The notes: generated from the letters alone by a model not told the origin. DNA of 64,000 nt from Dehalococcoidia bacterium (GCA_963667465.2 CAXXDN010000002.1:1056001-1120000), one strand, 5' to 3'; positions 10,075 through 20,901 are shown, counted from the first letter of the stretch. Translations and numbers: made by a program.

Positions 10075-10458
10075 ATGGCCTACGCGACGATACTGACCGA
10101 GACGCGCGACCGCGTCCGCTATGTCACGCTCAACCGGAGCGCTGTGCCCGCCGATCAGCTCGCCGACGAGGTGCACCACCTCGCCTCGCGGGTCGCGATG
10201 ATCCCGCATGACCTGCTCGCGGCGAACAAGGGGATTGTCAACAAGGCGATCGAGTTGATGGGCCGCACGATGCTGCAGGAGGCGGCGCGCGAGACGGACG
10301 CGATCGCGCACCGCAACAGGGCAGCCAGCGAGTTCGCGCGGAGCGGCCGCGAGCAGGGGCTCCGGGCCGCCCTCGCCTGGCGCGACGATCGGTTCGCACG
10401 ATCGGTTCGCAGAGTAGGCCCCGATCCAAACGAGGGGGCCCGAACGAGGGGGACATGA
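10075..10458 (+). pseudogene. Enoyl-CoA hydratase with a large in-frame internal deletion
   Basis: ECH N-terminus (MAYATILTETRDRVRYVTLNR) joined directly to an ECH C-terminus (SAVPADQL...NKAIELMG); the catalytic core is missing. Confidence 0.75.
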
Positions 10459-11288
10459 TGCGATTCGGCTTTGCACTGCCCAACCACTGGGGCGTCGAGG
10501 ATCCTGAGGACCTGCTGGACCTCGCCCAGCGGGCGGAGGCGGCAGGGTTCGCCTCGGTCTGGGTCGCGCACCACATCCTCAACGCCGGCTATGTCGGCAA
10601 GCGGCTGGGGCTGAAGCCGTACTGGGACGCGCTCACGGTGCTCTCCTGGGTCGCGGCGCGCACCGAGCGCGTACGGCTCGGCACCAGCGTGCTGGTGCTG
10701 CCCTACCTGCACCCGATGCCACTCGCCAAGCAACTCGCGACCATCGACGTGCTCTCGGGCGGACGCCTCGACCTCGGCGTCGGCGTGGGCGCGATGCCCG
10801 AGGAGAACGAGGCGCTGGGCATCGACTACCACGCGCGCGGCGCCGTCGCCGACGAGTCCATCGATGTGCTGAAGGCGCTCTGGGCGGACGGGTCCGCCTC
10901 GTACGCCGGGACGCACTACGCCTTTGCGGACGCCGTCTCCTCGCCGAAGCCGCTGCAGCGCCCGCACCCGCCGCTGCTGATCGGCGGCAACGGCATCCCG
11001 GCCCTGCGCCGTGTGGCGCGTTGCGGCGACGGCTGGCACCCCTTCCTGCTCGGTCCCGAGGAGCTGAAACAGCGCCTCCCGCGCCTCGAGGAAGAGCTGG
11101 CGAAGGTCGGCCGCAGCCGCGAGGAGATCAGCGTCTCGCTGCGCGTCGACATCGACGCCGTTCCGACGCGCGAGGCAGCCGAGGTTTACGCGGCGCTCGG
11201 CATCGACGAGCTGGTGATCTCCCTCAACAGCGGGGATGCCGACGCGCAGCGCCGCCGACTCGACGAGTCCGCCGCCGAGCTGCTCTGA
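10455..11288 (+). CDS. LLM-class oxidoreductase, probably F420-dependent (Rv2161c-like)
   Basis: AEAAGFASVW, RVRLGTSVLVLP, LAKQLATIDVLSGGRL, PKPLQRPHPPLLIGG. Confidence 0.88.
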   Translation: MMRFGFALPNHWGVEDPEDLLDLAQRAEAAGFASVWVAHHILNAGYVGKRLGLKPYWDALTVLSWVAARTERVRLGTSVLVLPYLHPMPLAKQLATIDVLSGGRLDLGVGVGAMPEENEALGIDYHARGAVADESIDVLKALWADGSASYAGTHYAFADAVSSPKPLQRPHPPLLIGGNGIPALRRVARCGDGWHPFLLGPEELKQRLPRLEEELAKVGRSREEISVSLRVDIDAVPTREAAEVYAALGIDELVISLNSGDADAQRRRLDESAAELL

Positions 11289-11310
11289 CGGCGGGACGCC
11301 TCGGAAGACC

Positions 11311-12180
11311 CTACTCGCCGGCCGCCGCCGCCTCGAACCAGGCGCGCGCCTCGCGGATCACGGTCTGCGGCTGGTCGTGGTGGACCCAGTGCGCGGCGTC
11401 CGGCACGAGGATCGAGCGGCCGTTCGGGAAGAGGCTGACCTGGTCCTGCATGCGCCGCCGTCCGCCCGAGTCCTCGCCGACGATCAGCAGCAGCGGGCAA
11501 CTGATCGCGGCGGTAAAGCGCTTCATCTCCTCGGCGCTCACGTCGTCGCGGCGCACGCCGGGGCGCGCCCAGTTGTCGAACTTCCACTGGTAGCCGCCAT
11601 CGACGGCCACGGCCGCGTGGCTCGCGAGGTCCAGCGCGTGCTCCGGCGAGAGTCGCGGATTGTTCTCGCGCATCCGGCTCGCCGCCTCCTCAAGGTCCGC
11701 GTAGACACGAGGCCTGCGCCCGGCGAGGGCGGTCCTCGCCTCCGCCATCGAGCGCAGGACCTCCGGCGCGAACGGCTTCGGATCGCCGTGACTCGGTTCC
11801 AGCGGGCCCTCGATGGAGACGATCGCCCGGAAGCGCTCCGGGAATGCGCCGGCGGCGAGGTAGCCGATGCGGCCTCCGTAGGAGTGGCCGAGCAGGAAGA
11901 CCGGCGGCCCCGCCAGCTCGGCGAGTGCGAGCAGGTCGATGACGTTCTGGCGGATCGCGTACTCGCCGCCGACCTCCGGCTGCGAGTCGCCGTGGCCGCG
12001 CAGGTCGAGCGCGAGCACGCGGTAGGCGTCCTCGAATCCCTCGGCGATACGGTCCCAGCTGCGGGCGGTGTCGCGGCCGCCGTGGTGCAGCAGCAGCGGC
12101 GGATTCGCCGGGTCGCCCCACTCCCAGCAGGAGAGTTGCAGCCGCTGGGACTCGAAGAAGTGCTGTCGCGGCTCGCTCAT
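11311..12180 (-). CDS. Alpha/beta hydrolase
   Basis: HHGG, DLRGHGDS, GHSYGG, HWVHHD; AGGAG RBS. Confidence 0.9.
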   Translation of the reverse strand: MSEPRQHFFESQRLQLSCWEWGDPANPPLLLHHGGRDTARSWDRIAEGFEDAYRVLALDLRGHGDSQPEVGGEYAIRQNVIDLLALAELAGPPVFLLGHSYGGRIGYLAAGAFPERFRAIVSIEGPLEPSHGDPKPFAPEVLRSMAEARTALAGRRPRVYADLEEAASRMRENNPRLSPEHALDLASHAAVAVDGGYQWKFDNWARPGVRRDDVSAEEMKRFTAAISCPLLLIVGEDSGGRRRMQDQVSLFPNGRSILVPDAAHWVHHDQPQTVIREARAWFEAAAAGE

Positions 12181-12197
12181 CGGGGCGCTCCTGCCCG

Positions 12198-12422
12198 CTA
12201 CGGGATCTCGATGCTGACGAGCGGGTCGCGCTCGTCGACGAACGAGTTGACCTCGACGTGCATCGCCGTCACGCGTCCGTCGTGCCCGGACGGCACCGGC
12301 GTGAGCACCTTCATCGACTCGATCGTCACGAGGTCCTGACCGGCGGTGACTTCGGCCCCCGTCTCGACGTGCAGTTCGGCGACCCGTCCGGGCCAGGGGC
12401 TGAGGACTTGGACGACGGGCAT
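12198..12422 (-). CDS. Stand-alone biotin/lipoyl carrier protein
   Basis: SPWPGRV...IESMKV biotinylation-type motif; GAGGGAG RBS. Confidence 0.85.
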   Translation of the reverse strand: MPVVQVLSPWPGRVAELHVETGAEVTAGQDLVTIESMKVLTPVPSGHDGRVTAMHVEVNSFVDERDPLVSIEIP

Positions 12423-12510
12423 GGCGGCTCCCTCGCGGCGCGCGCCGCAGCGTAGCGCATGCGCGCGCAGGCGGCAGCCAGCGGTCCGTGCGAGGCCGGC
12501 AGCGGGGAGT

Positions 12511-12582
12511 GCTCGACAGTGTTCGGCTCGACACTGTTCGGCTCGGCACTGTTCGGCTCGACAGTGTTCGGCTCGACAGTGT
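12511..12582. repeat. 15-bp tandem repeat, about 4.8 copies (GCTCGACA[G/C]TGTTCG)
   Basis: Units start at 12511, 12526, 12541, 12556 and 12571 (partial). Confidence 0.95.
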
Positions 12583-12753
12583 GCGGGAGGGTGTTACCCT
12601 GTGCGCGGCGTCCGGATGGCGCCGCTCAGCAATCGCTCCGTGGACGGCACCTTCCCTGGTTGTAACGGTTCCCTGGTAGTAGCTGAGATTCAGGAAGACG
12701 TGTCCGCACGGGCACGAGCGAGTGTCGGCGTGGCCGGCGAGGGGTGAAGGTTC

Positions 12754-13188
12754 TTGTCGCAGCGGATTTATGTGGGCAATCTCCCGTACGAAGCCAGAGA
12801 GTCGGATGTAGAAGAGCTCTTCTCCGAACATGGCGAGGTCATTTCAGTAGCACTCCCGACCGACCGGGAAACCGGCCGCGCACGCGGCTTTGGCTTCGTC
12901 GAGATGCCGGATGAAGATGCGACGAAGGCCATCTCGGCCCTCGACGGCGCCACCTTCCAGGGCCGCCGTCTCAACGTCGACGCCGCGCGGCCGCGTGGCA
13001 GCGGCGGCGGGGGCGGTGGCGGCTACGGCGGCGGCGGCGGTGGTGGCGGCGGCTACGGCGGCGGCGGTGGTGGCGGTGGCTACCGCGGCGGCGGTGGTGG
13101 CGGCGGCTACGGCGGCGGCGGTGGCGGTGGCGGTGGCTACCGCGGCGGCGGTGGCGGCGGCGGCGGCCGCGGTTACGACCGCCGCTAG
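12754..13188 (+). CDS. RRM RNA-binding protein with a Gly/Tyr/Arg-rich tail
   Basis: RNP2 IYVGNL, RNP1 RGFGFVEM, DRETG; GGGGY/GGGYR repeats; TTG start. Confidence 0.95.
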   Translation: MSQRIYVGNLPYEARESDVEELFSEHGEVISVALPTDRETGRARGFGFVEMPDEDATKAISALDGATFQGRRLNVDAARPRGSGGGGGGGYGGGGGGGGGYGGGGGGGGYRGGGGGGGYGGGGGGGGGYRGGGGGGGGRGYDRR

Positions 13189-13239
13189 CAGGACCACGCC
13201 GGTCCCGGTGATCCCGCCCGGGGCGGAGACGCGGGCACG

Positions 13240-14019
13240 ATGATGCTCGAAGACAAGATCGTCATCGTTTCAGGCATCGGCCCCGGCATGGGCCGCGATA
13301 TCTCGCTCGCCTGTGCGCGCGACGGCGCCGACATCGTGCTGGCCGCGCGCACCGAGGCGACACTCGAGGCCGTCGCGACAGAGGTGCAGGCGCTCGGCCG
13401 GCGCACGCTCTGCGTCCCGACCAACATCACCGACGCTGATCAGTGCCACAGTCTCGTCGAGCGCACGCTCGAGGAGTTCGGGCGTATCGACGTGCTCGTC
13501 AACAACGCCGCCACCGGCGGCCATGACGTCGAGCTCGCCGTGGCGACCGAGCGGCAGGTCCAGCACGCGATCCGCATCAACCTCGGCGGCACGCTGAACG
13601 TGACGCAAGCCGTCATCCCGGCGCTGCGCGAGAACGGCGGCGGCTCGATCGTGATCACCGGCACGCTCTCGATGCGTCGCATCCAGCGTGGCCGCGGCAC
13701 CTACGCCGCGTCCAAGGCCGCGCTGCTGACGGCCGCCCAGACACTCGCCATCGAGCTCGGCGAGGACAACATCCGCGTCAACACCGTCGTGCCCAGCTAC
13801 ATCATGGGCGACGCGCTGCGGTACTGGTTCAACCAGCTGGCCGAGGAGCGCGGCGTCGACTACCAGACAATCCACGACGAGCGGGCGGCCGAGTCCGCCC
13901 TCAACCGCATCGCCACCTCCGCCGAGATCGCCGAGGCGGTCGTCTTCTTTGCCTCGGACCGTTCGAGGGCGATCACCGGGCAGTCGCTCGACGTGAACTG
14001 CGGCTCGTTCTTCGTCTGA
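13240..14019 (+). CDS. SDR family oxidoreductase (PRK07890-like)
   Basis: VSGIGPGMG, VNNA, YAASK, GQSLDVNCG. Confidence 0.9.
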   Translation: MMLEDKIVIVSGIGPGMGRDISLACARDGADIVLAARTEATLEAVATEVQALGRRTLCVPTNITDADQCHSLVERTLEEFGRIDVLVNNAATGGHDVELAVATERQVQHAIRINLGGTLNVTQAVIPALRENGGGSIVITGTLSMRRIQRGRGTYAASKAALLTAAQTLAIELGEDNIRVNTVVPSYIMGDALRYWFNQLAEERGVDYQTIHDERAAESALNRIATSAEIAEAVVFFASDRSRAITGQSLDVNCGSFFV

Positions 14020-14076
14020 TCCGTTTGTGTGGCGCGCTCCCGAGCCTCATAGTGATGGTGCGGTGAGAGTGAACGC

Positions 14077-15015
14077 ATGGCGCTGATCGAGACAGCAGGC
14101 CTCACCAAGCGCTACTCCTCCGTCACCGCCCTCGCCGGACTCTCGCTCGAGGTGGAGCCCGGCATCGTCGGCCTGGTCGGGCCGAACGGCGCCGGCAAGA
14201 GCACCCTCATCAAGATCCTGCTCGGCCTCGTCGACGCCACCTCCGGCAGCGCCGAAGTGCTCGGCCTCGACGCAGCGCGCGAGGGGCTGAAGGTCCGCGA
14301 GCGCGTCGGCTACATGCCGGAGCACGACTGCCTGCCGCCCGACCAGTCCGCGACGAACTTCGTGATTCACATGGCGCGGATGAGCGGCATCCCGCCCTCG
14401 CACGCTCGCGAGCGCGCCGCCGAGGTACTGCGCCACGTCGGGCTGTTCGAGGAGCGCTACCGCCACATCGGCGGCTACTCGACCGGCATGAAGCAGCGCG
14501 TCAAGCTCGCGCAGGCGCTCGTCCACGACCCGGAGCTGCTCTTCCTCGATGAGCCGACGAACGGCCTGGACCCGCAGGGCCGCGACGAGATGCTCGACCT
14601 CGTAGCGCGCACGGGCAACGAGTTCGGGATCTCGATCATCATGTCCTCCCACCTGCTCAGCGAGATCGAGCGCGTCTGCGAGGGCCTGATCGTGATCGAG
14701 AGCGGCGCGCTGATGCGCACGGGCCGCATCGCCGAGCTCACCGACGAGACCGCCGTACTCGCGGTCGAAGTCGAGTGGGACGCCGATCGCCTCGCGGAGG
14801 TGCTCACGGACCGCGGCCTTGAGGCGCAGGCGCTCGGCCGCATGGTCGAGGTCGCCTCTGTGGGCGGCGCGGACGGCGTGCATGACACGATCCTCGACGC
14901 CGTCGTGACGCTGGACCTGCCGCTCGTGCGGCTCGAGCAGCGCCGCCGCTCGCTGGAGGATCTGTTCCAGCCCACAACCGAGCCTGCCGCGGACCCGCCC
15001 GGTGACGACGCCTGA
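14077..15015 (+). CDS. ABC-2 exporter ATP-binding subunit
   Basis: GPNGAGKST, YSTGMKQR, LFLDEP, SSH. Confidence 0.93.
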   Translation: MALIETAGLTKRYSSVTALAGLSLEVEPGIVGLVGPNGAGKSTLIKILLGLVDATSGSAEVLGLDAAREGLKVRERVGYMPEHDCLPPDQSATNFVIHMARMSGIPPSHARERAAEVLRHVGLFEERYRHIGGYSTGMKQRVKLAQALVHDPELLFLDEPTNGLDPQGRDEMLDLVARTGNEFGISIIMSSHLLSEIERVCEGLIVIESGALMRTGRIAELTDETAVLAVEVEWDADRLAEVLTDRGLEAQALGRMVEVASVGGADGVHDTILDAVVTLDLPLVRLEQRRRSLEDLFQPTTEPAADPPGDDA

Positions 15016-15921
15016 GCCCGCGCCGAGCGGCGCAATCTACGACCTCGGCTACCAGGGCTACGAGGGCCCCCGGCTCGGACGCCGCTACGCACTCTGGTCG
15101 CTCTACGTGCTGAGCGTGCGCAATGCCTTCGGCATCGGGCGCGGCGCGCTGCCGAAGGTGCTTGCCTTCGGGCTGGTCGTGCTCGCGTTCACGCCGGCGG
15201 TGGTGACGCTCATTGTTGGCGCCATCGTGCCGGCCGATGACTTCGAGGTCTTCGCGCCGCGAGACTACTACGCGCTGATCCGGTTCATCCTCGTGATCTT
15301 CGTCGCGGCGATCGCCTCCGACCTCGTCGGGAACGACCGGCGTTCCCGCACGCTCGCGCTCTACTTCTCGCGCCCGATCGAACGCGACGACTACGCGCTG
15401 GCGAAGATCGCGGCGCTCTCCAGCAGCCTGCTCGCGCTGACCGTGCTGCCGCAGGTGGTGATGTTCGCCGGCAACGCGGTCGGCGCGGCGAACGGCCTCG
15501 ACTGGATGCGCGACAACGCCGACGACATCCCGCGGTTCGTCGCGAGCGGGCTGATCCTCTGCGTCACGTTCGGCGCGCTGGGGATCCTGGTCGCCTCCTA
15601 CGCCGAACGCCGCGCCTTCGCGCTGATCAGCGTGGTCGCGATCTTCTTCGTCTCCCTCACGGTCGTCGGCATCATCATCTCGGAGATCGACAACGATCAG
15701 CTGCGCTGGGCGCTCTTCCTCAGCCCGTTGCACGTGGTGGGCGGTTCCACCTCCTACATCTTCGACGCCCTCCCGCAGGTTCACGAGTTATCCAGATCAG
15801 GCGATCCCGAGGACCAGATCGCCTGGGCGGACTTCCCGGGCTACATCTGGCCGCTTGTCTCCCTCGCCTGGGCCGCCATCGCCTCGGCGATCGTTGTCCA
15901 CCGCTTCCGGGGGTCGATCTG

Positions 15922-15922
<1 letters not shown>
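15002..15922 (+). CDS. ABC-2 exporter permease
   Basis: Multiple TM segments; LYFSRPI..DY...K motif; overlaps the ATPase gene. Confidence 0.88.
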
Positions 15923-16850
<928 letters not shown>

Positions 16851-16854
<4 letters not shown>

Positions 16855-17579
16855 CGCGCACCCTGCTCACGCTGACGGCGCACCAGTTGCTCGGGCGGCG
16901 GCGAGCGATCCTGATCGCGCTCCTGGCGCTCCTCCCGATCGGCATCGCGCTGCTCTACCGCCTCGCGGGCGGCGACGGCAACGCCGACGACTTCGCCGTG
17001 AGCATGGTGGACGGCTTCGTGTTCACGCTGGTGTTGCCGATCGGCGCGCTGATCTTCGGGACCGCCGCGCTCGGCTCCGAGGTCGAGGACGGAACGATCG
17101 TCTACCTGCTGGCGAAACCCGTGGCGCGCTGGCGGATCGTGCTCGCGAAGGCTGTCGTCGCCTCGGTCGCGACGATCCTGCTCACCGTTCCCGCGGCGCT
17201 GATCACGGTGCTGATCGCGCTCGAAGGGTTCGACCAGGAGTCCCTCTGGTGGGGCGCCACGATCGCCACCATCGCCGGCAGCATCGCCTACAGCACGCTC
17301 TTCGTGGGCCTCAGCACGATCACCGGCCGCGCACTGATCATCGGCCTCGTATACGTCTTCGTCTGGGAGGCATTCATCACAAACCTGTTCGAGGGCACGC
17401 GCTGGATCAGCGTCCGCGAGTACGTCATCGGCATCGCCGACGCAGCCACCACGGCGGAGGCGGTCAGCGCGCGCCTCGAGGGCTCCGAGGCCCTGATCGC
17501 CTCACTGGTCGTCGTCGCCCTCTCGCTCGCCGCCGGCGTGCACTTCCTCCGACGCTTCGAGATCGGCGAGCAGTCCTAG
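16851..17579 (+). CDS. ABC-2 exporter permease
   Basis: EVEDGTIVYLLAKPV motif, about six TM segments, ATGA overlap. Confidence 0.88.
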
Positions 17580-17581
17580 CG

Positions 17582-17611
17582 TTGTATGCAGTGATGCATC
17601 ACTGGTATGAT
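17582..17611 (+). promoter_or_regulatory. vapBC promoter with a palindromic operator
   Basis: TTGTAT (17582-87), extended -10 TGgTATGAT (17603-11), perfect 16-bp palindrome CAGTGATGCATCACTG (17589-17604). Confidence 0.75.
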
Positions 17612-17618
17612 CCTCATC

Positions 17619-17876
17619 ATGAGGACGACCATCTCGCTCGACGACCAACTGGCCAAGCAGGTGCGGCGTGAGGCTGCGGCGCAGGGCCGCAGCGTGAGCG
17701 CCTTCATCGCCGGAGTGCTGAGCGACGCCCTGAAGCGGCGGGAGCCGCCGGAGGCGCCGCCCTTCCGGCTCCTGACCGTGCGCGGCTCCCGACCGCGCCC
17801 CGGCTTCGACCTCGATCGTCCCCGCGATCTCGACACCGAAGAGGACGAGTGGACGTTCACCCGCGTCCGCCGCTAA
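17619..17876 (+). CDS. vapB: RHH/CopG-type antitoxin (VapB)
   Basis: MRTTISLDDQL...AAAQGRSVS RHH pattern, immediately upstream of a PIN toxin. Confidence 0.85.
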   Translation: MRTTISLDDQLAKQVRREAAAQGRSVSAFIAGVLSDALKRREPPEAPPFRLLTVRGSRPRPGFDLDRPRDLDTEEDEWTFTRVRR

Positions 17877-17882
17877 TCCCGG

Positions 17883-18320
17883 ATGCTCTTGCCTGACGTC
17901 AACGTCCTCATCTACGCCCACATCGAGGACTCCACGCCCGATCACCTCGAGTATGCCGAGTGGCTCACCCGGCTGGCGACGGGGCCAGAGCCCTTCGCTC
18001 TTTCCCTGCTCGTCCTCGTGGGCTTCGTGCGGGTGGCGACGAACCAGCGCATCTTCGACACGCCGTCGACGCTCGATCAGTCGTTCGCGTTCGTCGCCTC
18101 GCTGACAGCGCGTCCCACCGCACGGGTGGTCGGTCCGGGCCCTGACCATCCGGCGATCTTCGAGCGGCTGTGCCGCGAGGCCGGGGCCACCGGGAAGCTG
18201 GTCGCCGATGCCCAGCATGCTGCCGTCGCGATCGAGCACGGCTGCACGCTCGTCTCGGCCGACTCGGACTTCAGCCGCTTCCCCTCGCTCCGCTGGCAGC
18301 ACCCGCTGCGCCCCGCCTGA
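17883..18320 (+). CDS. vapC: PIN-domain toxin (VapC, mycobacterial type)
   Basis: MLLPDVNVLIYA, FVRVATN, DAQHAAVAIEHG, SADSDFSRF. Confidence 0.92.
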   Translation: MLLPDVNVLIYAHIEDSTPDHLEYAEWLTRLATGPEPFALSLLVLVGFVRVATNQRIFDTPSTLDQSFAFVASLTARPTARVVGPGPDHPAIFERLCREAGATGKLVADAQHAAVAIEHGCTLVSADSDFSRFPSLRWQHPLRPA

Positions 18321-18358
18321 GGACCGGCCGCGCCCGCGAGGCTGCCAGCCCTCTGGCG

Positions 18359-19708
18359 CTACCCGGCCCCGCGCGCCACCCGCTCGCGGAAGTCATCGTC
18401 GACACGGAGTACCGAGCCGAGCTCGATGTATGGCTCCAGTCGCATCGTAATGGCGTCGCGCGCGAAGTCGTTGTCGAGGGCGACCGGGTGGCCAACGACG
18501 GTTCCCGCCTCGCGCAGCTCCGCGATCTCTTCGTCGCTCGCGCCGAGTTCGCGCAGCAGTTCGTCGGTGTGCTCGCCGAGATGCGCGGCACGGCCTGTTG
18601 CTCCGAACGACTCGCCGTCGATGTGCGGCGAGAAGTAGCGCTGCACGGGCACCTCGCCCCAGCCGGTGAGCTCCAGCTGGTCCCAGAACCCACGCGCCGC
18701 CAGCTGCGGGTCGGCGAGCACCTCGGGTGCCTGCAGCACCGCGCCGGCCGCGACACCGGCCGCCTGCAGCAGGTCTGCTACCTCGAACTTGTCGCGCGAG
18801 GACGTCCAGGCGGCGATCAGCTCGTCGAGCGCGTCGTGGTTCGCCCAGCGCGCGTCGGCGCTCGCGAAGCGCGGATCCTCGCGCCACCCGGCGCTGCCGA
18901 GGACGCCGCAGAGGGCGATCCACTGGGCCTCGTCGCGCGCGGAGATGGCGACGTAGTTGTCGTCGCCCGCGCAGGGGTAGGCGCCGCGCACCATGCCGGG
19001 GCGCCGGTTGCCGTCGCCGCCCACCTTGACGCGCCCGTTCAGCAGGTAGTCGGCGAGATGCCTTCCGAGCGTCGGGATCGTCGCCTCCTGCATCGAGATG
19101 TCGACGTACTGGCCGCGGCCGCTGCGCTGGCGGTAGATCAGCGCAGTGATCACGGCGGCGCAGGCCTGCAGCCCGGCGTAGTGGTCCACCCAGGTCTGTC
19201 CGGTCTTCAGCGGATCGTCGTCGGGGTACCCGGTCACGGCGACTGCGCCGGCGGAGGGCTCCATGCTCATTCCCACCGCCTTGCGGTGGGCGAGCGGGCC
19301 CTCCTGCCCGTAGCCGCTCATCGAGACGTAGACGAGGCGCGGGAAGCGCTCCCTGAGATCCTCGTAGCCGAGGTCCATGCGCCGGATCGCGCCCGGCGTG
19401 AAGTTCTCCGCGAGGATGTCGGCGTCCTCAAGCAGTTGCATGAGGATCTCGCGGCCCTGCTCGCTGCGCAGGTCCAGCTGCATCGCGCGCTTGCCCGCGT
19501 TACGGGCGGCGAAGTACTGCGAGCGGTTGTTCCAGAAGTCGCCGCTCGCGTTGTTGCCCGCGAGGAAGCCCGAACGCACCTGGTCCGGCGTATCCGTCCG
19601 CTCGATCTTGATCACGTTCGCGCCGAGGTCGTTCAGGATCCTCGTCATCATCGGGCCAATCCAGACCTGCGTGAGGTCGACGACCTTGAGACCTTCGAAG
19701 AAGCGCAT
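18359..19708 (-). CDS. Family III CoA-transferase (CaiB/BaiF), catalytic subunit
   Basis: DLTQVWIGP, NAGKR, ENFTPG, catalytic Asp in PLKTGQTWVD. Confidence 0.9.
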   Translation of the reverse strand: MRFFEGLKVVDLTQVWIGPMMTRILNDLGANVIKIERTDTPDQVRSGFLAGNNASGDFWNNRSQYFAARNAGKRAMQLDLRSEQGREILMQLLEDADILAENFTPGAIRRMDLGYEDLRERFPRLVYVSMSGYGQEGPLAHRKAVGMSMEPSAGAVAVTGYPDDDPLKTGQTWVDHYAGLQACAAVITALIYRQRSGRGQYVDISMQEATIPTLGRHLADYLLNGRVKVGGDGNRRPGMVRGAYPCAGDDNYVAISARDEAQWIALCGVLGSAGWREDPRFASADARWANHDALDELIAAWTSSRDKFEVADLLQAAGVAAGAVLQAPEVLADPQLAARGFWDQLELTGWGEVPVQRYFSPHIDGESFGATGRAAHLGEHTDELLRELGASDEEIAELREAGTVVGHPVALDNDFARDAITMRLEPYIELGSVLRVDDDFRERVARGAG

Positions 19709-19710
19709 GG

Positions 19711-20898
19711 CTACACCTCCTCTCGCCACAGCAGCGCGGCGGCCGGACCGTCGAGCCCCAGCAGCTCCGCCGTCCCCTCGCCGAGGTCCGGCGGAGGTGC
19801 GACGCGCAGCGGAGTCTCGGAGAAGCGCACGGTCGGCCCCGGAACGATCCCGCCGTCGGGCAGGGTCTCCCAGTAGTCGCGCTCCGCGAGGTGCGGATCA
19901 TTGACGAGATCCTCGGTGGTCGCGACGTCGGCGAAGGCCAGCCCGACCTCGTCGGAGCGCTGGAGCACCTCGGCCTTGGTGTGCGACTTCATCCAGGGAC
20001 CGACGATCTCGTCGAACTCCTGCCAGTTGAGCAGGCGATCCTGTCCGTTCGCGACGATCGGGTTCGTCGCCTGTTCGGGTTCCTCGATCAGCTCGGCGAT
20101 CATCCCGCCGACATCGAAGCCCGCGAGGACGAAGGCGACGTAGCCATCCTTCACCGGCAGCGAGTCCGAGGGGTAGATGATCAGCACGCGCGAGTAGTAG
20201 CGGCGGCGGATCGCGCCCGTCCCGATGTAGACCGGCAGGTTGTGGTCGTCCGCAGCCGAGAGGGCTTCGTGCATGGAGACGTCGACGAAGTGGTGCTCGA
20301 CGCCCGCCTCCTTGTCGGCGAGTGCGGCGAGGCCGGCGATCCAGCCCATCGCGGCCGCGTAGTACTCGGCGACCTCGACGCCCGAGGCCATCGGCTCGCG
20401 GTCCGGCTTGCCGCTGACGTAGGACATGCCCGCGGCGCCCTCGATGATCAGGCTGTCCGCCTTGCGGTCGGCGTAGGGTCCGGTCCGCCCGAAGGGGCTG
20501 ATCGATACGTAGATCGTGTCCGGGAACAACTCGGCCATCGCCTCGCTGTCGGCGAGCGGAAGCGGCGAGGCGGCGGGCGTCTGCCAGTTCGCGATCACGA
20601 GCTGGCTCGTGGCGACGAGCTTGCCCGCGAAGCGCGCGCCGGCCTCGCTGGTGATGTCGAGCGCGACGCTGCGCTTGCCGCCGTTGAGCAGGCGGTGCAG
20701 CCCGCCGCCGTCGAGGGCAAAATCGTCTCCGGGGAAGGGTCCGGCGCGGCGAATGGCGTCGCCGCCGGGCGGCTCGATGCGGATCACTTCCGCGCCGGAC
20801 TGTGCGAGCAGAAGCCCAGTGTACGCGACCGCGCCGCCGCTCGCGATCTCGACGACGCGGATGCCCTCGAGCGCTCCGGGGGTGGGCTCGTCCGTCAT
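19711..20898 (-). CDS. Family III CoA-transferase, probable non-catalytic subunit
   Basis: GAEVIRIEPP, NGGKRSV, SISPFGRTGPY; Glu at the catalytic Asp position. Confidence 0.88.
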   Translation of the reverse strand: MTDEPTPGALEGIRVVEIASGGAVAYTGLLLAQSGAEVIRIEPPGGDAIRRAGPFPGDDFALDGGGLHRLLNGGKRSVALDITSEAGARFAGKLVATSQLVIANWQTPAASPLPLADSEAMAELFPDTIYVSISPFGRTGPYADRKADSLIIEGAAGMSYVSGKPDREPMASGVEVAEYYAAAMGWIAGLAALADKEAGVEHHFVDVSMHEALSAADDHNLPVYIGTGAIRRRYYSRVLIIYPSDSLPVKDGYVAFVLAGFDVGGMIAELIEEPEQATNPIVANGQDRLLNWQEFDEIVGPWMKSHTKAEVLQRSDEVGLAFADVATTEDLVNDPHLAERDYWETLPDGGIVPGPTVRFSETPLRVAPPPDLGEGTAELLGLDGPAAALLWREEV

Positions 20899-20901
20899 CG
20901 C

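Noticed and set aside
12511-12570. GTTCG half-sites as LexA boxes (CGAAC-N4-GTTCG)
   Set aside because: The left half-site and spacing do not match.
12511-12582. Tandem arrays here and at 26791-26838 as mini-CRISPRs
   Set aside because: Units are contiguous with no unique spacers, are too short, and no cas genes are present.
12998-13175. GGC/GGT repeat tract
   Set aside because: Fully explained by the glycine-rich tail of the RRM protein.
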